DNA from: Kudoa neothunni
Taxonomy: Eukaryota; Animalia; Cnidaria
Direction of reading: 5' to 3'
DNA length: 64,000 bases
NCBI GenBank assembly: GCA_964304625.1
Contig: OZ199840.1
Span: 3,275,189 to 3,339,188 of the forward strand
The position numbers and the translations under genes are program-made. Below are positions 17,527 to 29,454 of the stretch, piece after piece. Every line of letters starts with the position of its first letter. The first letter of the stretch is position 1. Under the pieces are notes generated by a model, which was given only the letters and a program-made list of their open reading frames with translations, was not told where the DNA came from and did no database searches.

Positions 17527-20430
17527 ATGTATCTTTTATCTTTTCTTATTATTAGCACACGTATTTTCAATGCTTGTTTTGATTTACTTATTAAACTTTA
17601 GTTGTAATTACCGGTTCGGCGGCCGAAAAAGCAGTAGCTGCTAAAGAGGTTTTTTATCAGATAGACAACTCCGATGCAGCTGGTAGAAAAATTCACATTG
17701 AATTAAAAGGTACAGAATATACAAATGAAAAAAAATGTCGCATAATGCAAGGAAAAGATGACGGAACTGACTACATAGAGATTGTTACATGCCAAAACAA
17801 TGAAAGTGGCAACACGGATAAATGTGTGAGGACTTGTGCTGGAAACGACAACAAACTGGAATATTCAAAGCTTTCGCCAAGAGTAAAATACCTATATATA
17901 AAAGATGGAAATGATGCAGATGCTGTTAAAGGTAATGAACATAAAAGCGGAGGAAATGTTTTTGGGCTCGCAATACGTAAGATAAATATTTGATATATAA
18001 ATTTAATATATATATAGCACTTTTGGTAGACCCTAATATAAAGGCATCCACACATAGCGATTATTCATTGAAGTTTATTGTAAAAACTTGTAAGTCAATG
18101 GCATGCCCCATTTATTACAAGGGAATAAAATACAAGGATATCACTGCAATAGACAGTTGTATAACGGCTAATAGTGGTAGCAATGTTAATCTGGTTGAAT
18201 ATGGACAAAAAATTCCATATTATGAAGTGAGGTGCTCTGATTACCCAATGTTCTATTACCATATGCCCAACACTTATATGAAAGAAAATATCGATATTTA
18301 TAAGCCTCATTTCTATGTTAAGTACAAATCTAGTGGAGAAACAACCAAATATTATCTTAAATTCACTAATCCATTACCGAGTGAAATATGTCTATTTGGA
18401 ATAAGAGATGGAGCGGATGTTAATCCAGCCCCCAATCAGTCTGCTTACTCTTCAAATTGTGGAGGAGCCAACAAATCATGCTATGCTCCATGTGACGACG
18501 TAGAACTCAATCTAAATCCTACTAAGCCAATCGTGGATATATTAGTTCAGACTAGGCATCACAAATTAGAAAAAAATACTGATCATTCATATGAGGGATA
18601 TACTTATAAAAAATTTGGTAATAATAACGATTATCGATAATTTATAATTTTTTTAGCTATCATCGAACTAACTGGAGCCGAAAATGCATTTATATCTAAT
18701 ACGGATACCGGAATTAAGATAAATATGCCATTACTTGCACCAACTACAGCTCCTGTTAATGACGTTAAATTTGATCAATGCATTGTCAAATATTATATTG
18801 CAGACACTGTCAAAAATACTGTGTTAACTAACGCGCAATGCTCAACAGGGTCCGATTGTGGAAATTCCTGTAGCGACACGATTACAATCCAAGGTTTGCC
18901 AAAAGGAAAACACATTATGTTCGAAATTGCTCCAAGCAGTATAACTAATTATGCGAATTTTAAGGAATACATTTTCGTCAAAACAAGTAATAAAATAAAA
19001 TTAATTTCTTTAAATTTTTTGCATAAGATAAAAATTCGGAGAAAAATTTCAACACCGCTAAGCCAAGCGCAACAGATACGACTTCTATAATAAAAGCAGT
19101 CGACGAAACTCTAGGAACAGAATCAACTGAGCCAACATGTGACTACTTCGTTAGTAGAGCTGGAAAGAATATTTTCGTTGAAGCAGTATGTGCGGATAGT
19201 AATCCTTGTAGAGGTTTGTGTAAGGAACCCAAAACGCTTATCGATCTCGAGCTCAATACTACCTATGACATCAAGGTGGTCGCTTATTCGGACTATGGTT
19301 TCACCATATTCACTGACATTAAAACAAGTATAATAATTATTATACTTAACGTGTTATTTACAAATATGGTAGAATTTTCGACTCTGACACTCACAAAAAA
19401 AATATTAGACAAAGGTTTTAAGTTGGTCGGTACTCTGTCAACACCAAAAAGCGATGCAAAATGCAATTATAAAATTACAGCAAAAGATGGAGAAACGTGG
19501 GGGACGGTTTATTCGTGCCCTGCTGAATTGTCCAGCCCAGCATTACCGACAGTGTTAAACAATGTTGCAGTTGTTAACACTGCTAGGTCCGGTTCAGGAC
19601 AGCAGCCATCAGTAACTAAGTCTAACAACATTGCGACATGCACTGAAGTACCAAACTGTAATAATATTGTATTCAGTGATGGTTATGATGCTTCAAAGGA
19701 ATATAAAGTTTTGGTCACTGCAATTGACCGATCCGAAGAAACTCCTATTATCATTCAACCAAGTAAATTTAATATCAATATTGTAATACTTAATAAATAA
19801 ATTTATAAATAATTACAACGTTTTTATAATATTAATTCCAACCTGTGCATATAATAATTATTTAGAATCAATAGTTGAAACTCCAACCGATTTGACCAAA
19901 ATAATATTAGTTTATATTGTACGTGATGAGAAGACATTAAAGATAACGACCACATTGCCTGTTGGCAAGAGTGAAGAATCTAGGTGTAAGTGGATATTGA
20001 TTAATTCAAGTGATGTTGCAAGGCCAACCGTAAAAAAATGTATCCGTAGTACAGGTGGCGACTGCACAGCACTTCCAAGTTGTAAAAGCTTCACAATTGA
20101 AAATGTCGAAGATCTAAACGATTATCATTTAATTGTATATCACAGCGGAGATGAGTCTGTATTGGGAACAGCTGAAATAGAACAAGGTAATTACACGCGT
20201 AATTCTTATTTAAATAGTATTATAGGAGCAACTGGAAGTAAATCAACGTAAATTAAACTATTACCTTTATATAATACATTAATTATTTTTTTAGATCTAG
20301 AAATACCACAATGTATTTTGGTGTGTATGATAATACATTAATATATCATTTTAGTATCGCAATATCGGTTGTTGCAGCGATTGTTGTGATTGGAGGAATA
20401 GGAGCATTCATTGCATTCAGGAAAAAATGA
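17527..20430 (+). CDS. Type-I surface membrane protein, paralog A (about 821 aa): signal peptide, seven 4-Cys FN3-like modules, TM helix, 3-aa tail
   Basis: Ten exons (17527-17560, 17602-17976, 18018-18617, 18657-18986, 19028-19327, 19373-19762, 19866-20186, 20226-20247, 20295-20312, 20355-20430) splice into one open frame of 2466 nt. FN3-like motif DLELNTTYDIKVVAYSDYG; TM IIAISVVAAIVVIGGIGAFIAF followed by RKK-stop. Confidence 0.9.
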
Positions 20431-20621
20431 TAGATTCTATTAAATTAACTTTTATTAGAAACACACATTTATTTTTAACTGAGTCCAATTAGAAATTATA
20501 TAGTCTAATATTGATTTTACTGTAGATCAAACAAAAATTTAGAACGAGTGACGCATTTAATCCATTCACATTATCTATTTATATTATGGTTTTATTTTTA
20601 TGCATCATAATTTTATTTAAT
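17602..20621 (+). repeat. About 3-kb direct duplication, partner at 29542-32570
   Basis: Line-by-line near-identity at a constant offset of 11,940 bp through exons and introns; small indels only in intron 8 and the 3' UTR. Confidence 0.97.
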
Positions 20622-20742
20622 TTTTATACGAACAAAAAGTGGTGTTAATTAATTTGTTGTATTGAAGACATTACTTTATCCAAAGTTCATTAATACGTTA
20701 GCGTTAATTTTAACATTAAAATGTAAGAAACTTTTTTACAAA

Positions 20743-22926
20743 CCTATTACGCATAACAAAAAAACTTAACAGGTATTATTATATTGTTTCCTGTTATTAA
20801 AGTGTATTTATTCGGTGTCAGCTTTAATTTATTTGTATTTTAATCCACATTTCTATTATTTTAGTTAGCAATATTAAAAATTATTTATTTCAAATTCACT
20901 TCTACCGTATGTTCCAACCGTCATAAACTTCACGTATCGTTCAATAAAAAACCATAGACAAAAAATATGTTTAAATTAATTTCATTGAGAGCCACAGTTT
21001 AAACGAATAATGTTTTTCTTTGAATTTTCATTACAAACACTTCGATCAGATAAGTGACGGACTTGCTTGTTTCTACTACAATACTGATAGGAGGACACAA
21101 ACGACATCGTTTTCATTGATTATTTTCTTGGTTTTCCGCTGGAGGATCACTTATTTTGATAAATTCGAAACCAACTATTTCCAATGTTCTTTTAACATCA
21201 GGCTGATTGTAAAAAAATGCAGTTTTATATCTCCTTTCCTGCTCGGGCTTAATTAATGACAAGGACAAATCCATGAGAAATTGTTGGTAACGATTTGACT
21301 TGTTTGTGTCACAATAATCGGGATTGCCACGAATAAAGACAACAAACGCATTTAACTCAGCTATATCAAGAATTTGACAAAATACAATGAACGGCCACTT
21401 TCTACATTTTCTTTTACATGTGTAGGTGGCAACACGTTGATCCAAAGTGTCAACGCCACATCTCTGTACATTATAATCCAAGATTGCTTTTGGAGTACGA
21501 TGCTCCGAAGAAAGAACTATTACAGCCTTATTTTTCCTCGGTACATAAGAAATTAAGGTAAATGACTTAAAGAAACAAAATAAAGATGAAAATATCTTTT
21601 AAGAGTTATTTGGTTGAAATTCAGGTGGAATAAATGTTCGACATTTGCGTACCGCACCAAGAATGGACGTTTTTCTTTCTCGCAAATATAGAGCTAGCTT
21701 TCAGGAAGTGAAATAATTATCACATGTAATAATTCTTCCCGAGTCCAACAAATGTAGAGTCAAATCAATAACAAATTTTACAACTTAGATTTGTTTCAAG
21801 GCACTCATCAATTTTACCCAAGTAAGGTAAAATATTGCCTACACAACGCGTTTGACTATCACATACGATCAAAAACTTAAACCCATATTTGGAAGGTTTT
21901 TTTGGCATGTAAACAAGAAATGATACACGCCCTCGGAACGGCTATAGTTGTTCATCTACGGCCATATTAGGTTCAAAGATGTAACTATTTCTACAGATTT
22001 CAGAAAAATTTCCAAACAGTTTATTGATGGGGGAAAATTTAACACCTGAATTTGAGAACTTTTTAAGCTTTCAATATTCATCAAAGCGCAAACAATTTAA
22101 GATTTTTCGAAATCTCATTTCACACATAGTGACGCGAAATAATGGTCTTCCGTGAAGTTCATGCCACAGAATCCTGGTATTCTCTAGATTTGATTTATAG
22201 GAACCAGCCAATAACAGCAATCCTAAGAAAGCTTTTAATTCGATGCAATCCAAGCGTTTCCACGAATCATTACATTTTTCAAGACCCTTACGGTTTGTGA
22301 ACGATAAAAATTCTTCGAGAATCTCTCCTCGTATAAAATGCGAATATGAGCTCAATATGGTTATTGTGTCGAATGTTTCAATACGTTTTCCTTTCTCTAG
22401 GTCATTATTGATTATATTTTGATTCTCAGTTCGTCCAGATATGGGTTTTGGAGACCAGATTAATGATTTGTCTTTTGAAATATAAGAAGTGGAACTTATA
22501 CTATTTTCATCCATTAGAGTGCATTCGTCTGTAGTGTCAATATCATCTATATGTAGACATATAATGCAACATCCTTCAAAATTGAAATTACTCGTTGATT
22601 TAGTATTACAAAATTTAGGTTCACTTTCTATCTGCTGTAACTATTCAATTTCACCTGAAGATACACTGTCTGCATCAGAAGAAGCCATTATTGCTGGACA
22701 ATATAACGTGTTGGGAAAATCATGTTAACATTTTGGACTAAAAATGACCGTATTTGATATTTGTTTACTTAATAATAAGCACATCTGTATCTAAACAGCT
22801 TAATATGAGATAAATTTTTTTTATGATTTTAAGTGAAATCCGGAGTGAAAATGATTAAAATTGACTAATTTAAAGCGAGTTTTATTCGAAAGTGCACTCA
22901 TGGAGTCCAGAGGTAATGTTTAAGGG
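20743..22926 (-). mobile_element. Decayed piggyBac (PGBD4-like) transposon, one end truncated
   Basis: Minus-strand fragments ELKAFLGLLLLAG, RPLFRVTM..RFRKILNCLRFD, VDEQL, KYGF/LKF, DYNVQRCGVDTLDQ, RKWPFIVF. The end GGG-TTAA lies at 22924-22930. Homologous to 60175-62560. Confidence 0.93.
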
Positions 22927-24299
22927 TTAATAAATACTATAAAATAGTCACACTGGAAAAAAGTAGATATATCATAATTAGACAGAAATGTATGGATGCA
23001 TTTGAATGTGTAATTCTCAACGTTGATCGAATGTAAAATTACACAAAACAATGTTTCAGTGAAATTAAGTAACTATTCTATCAATAATTTAGTGAAATAT
23101 TAGATTAATAATATTTCTGCAACTGAAATTATTGGAAAGGTGGGCGGTCTACTATTTTTGAATTAAATTTTTTTAAATGATTTTTGTGTATCTTGACACG
23201 GTGTTAAATTCTGCTTATGATGTTTAACACCTGTATTAGCTCAGCAATAATAAACGTAACGTTATTTCTTAATATTAGATTTACCATAGCTAGAAAGTGA
23301 CTCTTGTTAAGATTAAAAATCTTTTACCTATACAGTTTTAATTGTTTGAAAAATCATACTCGTTGTAAAAACCAAAAAATTTAATTCTTTGATTCATTAG
23401 ATGTAAAAATAAGAATTAAATTCTCAAGTTTAAAATAAAAATTTAAATTGCAGATAAACAAATTGATAAAGATATTCTTGTTTGTTACGCCTGTCAACTA
23501 GGAGTTAATTAATCCATTATGGTTGATGAATGAAAAATTTTTAAATTATGAAGGTGAGTTTTCTTTTGTGAACTTTGAATATACGTGAATGAGTTTTTTC
23601 TATAGTTTTTATTCTGTTACACCTTTATCTAATTCTAATTTAGATAACTGTCTTAAAATTAATATTTAGTATCTTTCATTTTTCTTTGAACTATACAAAT
23701 TAAAATTGAAAGCGAGCTGTCGCTATAAATGTTTAGCAAATATCCAAGGATTGAAAATGAGTAGATTAGATCCAACAATTAAATTTTCGTTCATTACAAA
23801 AAACACTCGACTTAGCCATTTAGGATTTGAAATTTTGGCTGCCTCCCTGAACACTTAAGCATCACAACGAGTCTAATATAACCTCTTAAATTATCTTTTT
23901 GTTTGGGTGTGGAAAGTTAAACGATTAAAACCGTGCTATTAAAATAAACACCTCCAAAAACCATATCGCTCCCAGAACATTGACTTTGTAGAGTCTGCAA
24001 GAAAATTTTTATTACCTCATGCATCCCAACTTTTCCTACTTGACTGAACTAAAGCTGGGGGTGCATTACACATTAAGATGGTACATCTCAGTCACTTTTT
24101 TTGCAATATTTAAAATTCTAAATGCAATCAACGTGAGCGCATTTTGATTAAGATTGATCAAAATACAACCCCTCAAATAAATTTTTCAAATGTAAACATA
24201 TTTCTTTAAGCAATTAAATGAATGCGTGTTGATAATGTTGCCACAAATATAAAGTTATATTGTCCTTGTTTTAAGTTTTATTTAAGGATAACAATACAA

Positions 24300-25200
24300 A
24301 TAAACACTTTGCAACTAAAATGGTTGATTGCAAATCCAATTTCTGGGCGAATTTGGAAAAGGCATTTAGAAACAGACGTGTACGAATATAATGCAAAAGA
24401 AGGTAGTAGTGTTACAAAATTGAATGAAGCGCAAAAACTACAGATTCATGATTGGATGAGTTAAGATTGGAGTGTAACATTGAGCGCCATCTTAAAAAAG
24501 TTAGAGAACACTTTGATTCCAATATTTTTAGGCAAAGAATTGGCAACCTCCTGAATCCTTTTCATTACACCTTGAAAAGGTATCAGTTGCTCCTATAAGT
24601 AGATATACTCAAGACCATATTAAATCGACAAAACTGTTCATGTTTTTGTTAAATAATTGAATAAATAAAGCTATGTTCTTGAGTTTCATAAAAGAAAAAA
24701 AAATTATTATCCAGTCGTGTACGTAGACTTGTCTAATTTTTCATCTTGAATGAGGCGAAATTTCGGTCGAGCTGTTTCAGAGTCAAAAGAAAACCCTAAA
24801 GTAAGAAGCATCCGATCTAAGAATATAACTTTGATTGCTGTAATAAGCTCGGTTAGGGTTTGGAAGTTTCAGTTGGAATGTGGATCGGTTGACCCACAAA
24901 TTGTTTCAGCTTTTAGGGAATATTTATCTAATGCTGGATGGTGCGAAAAGAATTTCATTAGTAATGGACAATGTGAGGTTCCATAAAACCGATCTAATAT
25001 TATAACAAATGAAAGCTAATAATCATAGACTTTTTTTCTTTAATCATATTTTTCATTTCTAATAGATTGAGATGTTGCTTTACCAAATCAAGCGAATTGC
25101 TAGGAATAGGAATCCACAAAATTACTAAAAATTGTGTAACTCTATTATGGAGGGTCTAGTTGAAGAAGTAATTTTTAAATTACTTTAATCACTAAGATTC
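24300..25200 (+). mobile_element. Decayed Tc1/IS630-like transposase remnant
   Basis: Fragments KLNEAQKLQIHDWM, FHYTLKR and MRRNFGRAV..VRSIRSKNITLIAVIS, with many stops and frameshifts; boundaries approximate. Confidence 0.7.
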
Positions 25201-27379
25201 TTACTTTACAAAATGTTAAATTTCTATAGACATTTACAAATAGCAAATAAATAACTATTTACTTGAAATTTTAATTTCGATTAGTCAGGCGCCTTTCGTT
25301 ACGATATAAACAAGATCCCCGTGCTAGTTGCCCTTCGATCGAATGCATCTCTTTTTTAAACATGAAATATTGTTTTATGGAATAGGATCAAACAGTGCAA
25401 AAGCAGTGGCAGTGAGCTTTTCGAGGCTGAGAATTGAATAAGTAACCTCCATAGTCGCACTGAATGTGTCAGGAAATCTACCATAAGTCTATCATTAATT
25501 CAACTTCGTAGCATTACTGTCGTCATTCATTTTGATGGAAACACGTTTTCCCAACTGTGTATAAGTAGTGCTAACGAAAAAGAATGGTTCAATGTATACA
25601 TTTTCATAAATATTTTAAAATATAATTAATAAACTAATAATAAATGTTTGGAAAAAAATAATTAACATATTAGTATGCGCATTTAACTTAAATATTAAAT
25701 AATTAATAATTGAAACAATTATGGGTGTTTTGAAGCCAGGAATAATTAAAATAAAATACAAAAAAATATTTCGAACATGGGGTGTGTTAAATGAACTCGG
25801 TATTTTTATCGTTATACTCCAAATTCATACATAAATATTGAAATTTTTGTCATATACATTTATTACACTTTATTGACAAAAATTAATAAAACTCGATGGA
25901 AATTACATCGTAAATTACTAAGCTATATAAATAAAATCATTTAGAACTCCCAGACAAATTTTTATAGGTTTTAAAAGGTGCCAAATAATAATTCATATTT
26001 AAAATTTATTTTTACCTAAATTAATTATGGAACTACCCCATTTGATACCAACATTAAATAAATCTAGGAGCAAACGAGCTTACTCAAATATGTGGTTACC
26101 ATCGCAGGAGGAACGAATAAAAAATATCGAATGTTGAACACATTTATTTTTAATTCAGAAAATAGGCTTAGTATCAGAATTCTTTTAATCACATGCGGCT
26201 TATACTGACCAATATTGTTAGTTACATGGCTGAGATTTTCCAAAGTATTTTATTTATTGAAATGAACTTAGCAAAGAGACAACTTCATATTAATTTTTAG
26301 CTGAGTTACATTTTTGGGGACATTCAGGGATTAGTGCTAAGAAACTAAAATTTATAAAATTATCATGATTCAGTATAAATATATTACATTAATTGTTTTT
26401 GTATGCTTTTAAAATGTATTGTTAATAAGTTTATCTTAAATTGAGACGCGAAATATGAAACAATTAGGTCAGATTTTTATGGGTTATATGTTAGTATGTT
26501 CTTTTCATCGCTTCAATATTGCTTCATTCCTATTTGTACCGATGCCTTGTTGCGTTTATATCAGTAGAATGATCCACATTAGCATGTATGTATTAATCAA
26601 AATCAAATTGATGTACTCAGCCCAGAAATCTGTCCTCATTATTAATCCGAGTTGAACATTTTGAATTATTATTCTTTCAAGAGTTATTTGATCTAGGATA
26701 ATTCTTAGGATTTGAAAAATAATTCCATATGAATCTATAGCCCCAACAGTCCATGTTTTAATTAACTAAAACTTTTTCACGACATTATTTACCTTTAAAA
26801 ATCTAGAACTCGTCATTTTAAATTATTATTTCATGACCTCCTATTCTTTTTTTATGTATATCAAAGCAATAAATGTAAAATTATCTGATATAATTCCTAC
26901 AGTCACCAGTTATACAATTGTATTATCGGAACCTATTCGTAATTGTTTCTACAGTTGTGGATATCAGAAACTTCCAAATACAGAAATACAAGGATTTGAT
27001 AAAAAATTAGTTTTAAACCAATAAAAAATGCCTCTTTTTCTGGTTGAAATTCATTTTTAAATGTTGGACATTTTAGTCAATATTTATCAATAATTATTTC
27101 TTTTTTACCAGCATTAGTTCGTTGCAATTCTTTCATATTCTCTCTTTGAGAACTAATTTTGGTCTCTGTAGCGATGATATTTATTTTATCGTATCAATCT
27201 AAATTTCAAAAAAGTGTTCTAATTAAAAAATCATCAATATTATTGCAAGTAACCTCCGTCACGTATAATTTCCATGTAGATTTGGAAGAAGACAAAGAAT
27301 TGCATTTAATTGTAAATTAGCCTAAATTTCATTGAATAAGATAGCTCTTTATCTGGTAGAATGTAGTTTTAATTACTTT

Positions 27380-28617
27380 GGACCAAGAAACAATACCGTC
27401 TAAACTACGAGAACAGATGTACAACTTATTTAAAAATCGGAGGAGTGAGTTCATACTGCTGTCCAGATACGTCAGATTTGATCTTCATGTTGGTTCATTC
27501 TACCAAAATTTAGGAATAGAAGGACTCTTGAGCCGGGACCTGTAGACGAAAATAAGCAACCGGCCTTTTTCCTGAAAAAAACTGTAAATTATTAGTCAGG
27601 TTTAGGAAATTCCCATAATTTCCTTAAAAAGACATTAAAAAATAAATTTTATATGGATTTTTGAACTTTATTTTCGCTTATTACAATCGATTTATTTATT
27701 TAATGATTTTATTGTGCTCTAAAGTTAAGATAATAATATTAATAACCAAGAGAAGAAAACACAAAAATAAACTTGATAAAAAGAAAGAATATGCAGAGAT
27801 GTTTAGGAGACTATAAACGACTGTTTCTCATGAGAGTATTGTGTTCCCTGACGAAATTTGATTCTCTGTTGTAACAAGACCTACGATGCGTAGTACAATG
27901 GAAGGAATGTCCGTCTACTGCTTTATTTCGGCACCCAATAGATTCAATTTTTCTTTTTTTTTGCAGTAAACAAAAATGGAATCTTTTACAGCAGCATAAA
28001 CACGAGGTGATTTTAGGGAAAGATTTTATGATATGTTCAGAAGAGATTACAAAATCTTACACCATGCGAAGGGTGCACAAACAAAATTCTCTCATAGGTA
28101 GCTCCAAAATATACCATTACATATTTTTAAAAGATTTTATAGCCAAGGAAATATTCAAATATGATATTTAATAAGTTAGATTCCTTTTCTTAATCCAATT
28201 GAAAATGATTTCTTTGCTTAGAAGAATACACGTTATGCGCAGAAAGTGTAAAGGTTAGCTCGAATTAATAGTGGTAATTAAAGATTATTTTGAAGAAATT
28301 TGTCCACAGCAATGCGATAGGTTCTATCTAAAATATTGGGCCATATTGTAACGTATTAACGAAGAGTAATTATTCTAGGATAAATAATACAAATATTGAA
28401 TTTGGAATTTTTATTATTTTAATATGGTGAGGAATTCATTAATACTTTTTTTAATGTAAAAAATTAATTTTGATTAAAGAGCTAGTAAAGTAATGATATT
28501 TAATGTTTAAATATAAATTTGTGTGAAAGAACATGACTCAGAATATTTTATATTATTATTCCAACACAATTTTTTGGATATGTACACTAATTTTGTGAAA
28601 TTTGAAGTTACTCATAG
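27380..28617 (+). mobile_element. Decayed Tc1/IS630-like element ending at a TA run
   Basis: Remnants of IVFxDE.FSVVTRP and SFLNPIENDF (YSPFLNPIE-like motif). A TIR-like end abuts (TA)n; boundaries approximate. Confidence 0.65.
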
Positions 28618-28640
28618 TATATATATATATATATATATAT
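28618..28640. repeat. (TA)n microsatellite
   Basis: Directly visible. Confidence 0.95.
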
Positions 28641-29454
28641 CATTTTTATAATTGTTGTAGATTAAAATTTAAATTTAAAATTACTTGAAAACAATTTTAA
28701 TGTTTTCGTATGAATTTTTGTTAGATCGAAAAAATGCCGGCTTCAATAGAAACCCCCTAATTCACTAATGATGAGTCATAAAAAAGTGAAAATCTGTTAC
28801 AAAATTTGAACAACAAATAATCGTTAAAAAAGTGAAATTACGAACTTGAAAAAATGATAACTATTATTTGTATATTTTAATAACAAAAAAATAAATTATT
28901 AATACTTAATATACGATATTTTCTCAAGAGAACACTAAAAAAATTGTAAAGAAACGTACCAAAATGACTTTTCGAATACGCATGGCAAACATAGCCAATT
29001 TTAAATGACTACAAATTTTGAATAATAATTATTCTTGGTTTATTAATATCATGGAAAAAATGTGGCCGTTTAAAAACTTTGATTTAATAAAAATCTCCTT
29101 AAATACTTTTATAGATTAGAAATCAAAATTTGTTATAAACATTTTGTAGTATTAACTCCGGAAAAAAATTATAAATGATTAAATAATTTTCCGAAAAATA
29201 TCCATTACGTTTAGAATAATCGATCCATATTACAAACATCTTAATATTGTACTATAATATAAGCATTTAAAAAATATCTATTAATTATTTAGTTTCGTAT
29301 GTATATTAAACTTGAATGTGAATAGGTTCTTATAGTATCAAAACATAGCAAAGCACTTCGCGATTATTCGAATGCATTCATCAATTTATTTTGAATAGGT
29401 TTTATAAAGTTCACAACAGAGAAATAATACAGATTAACCGTTATTGTATTTGTA

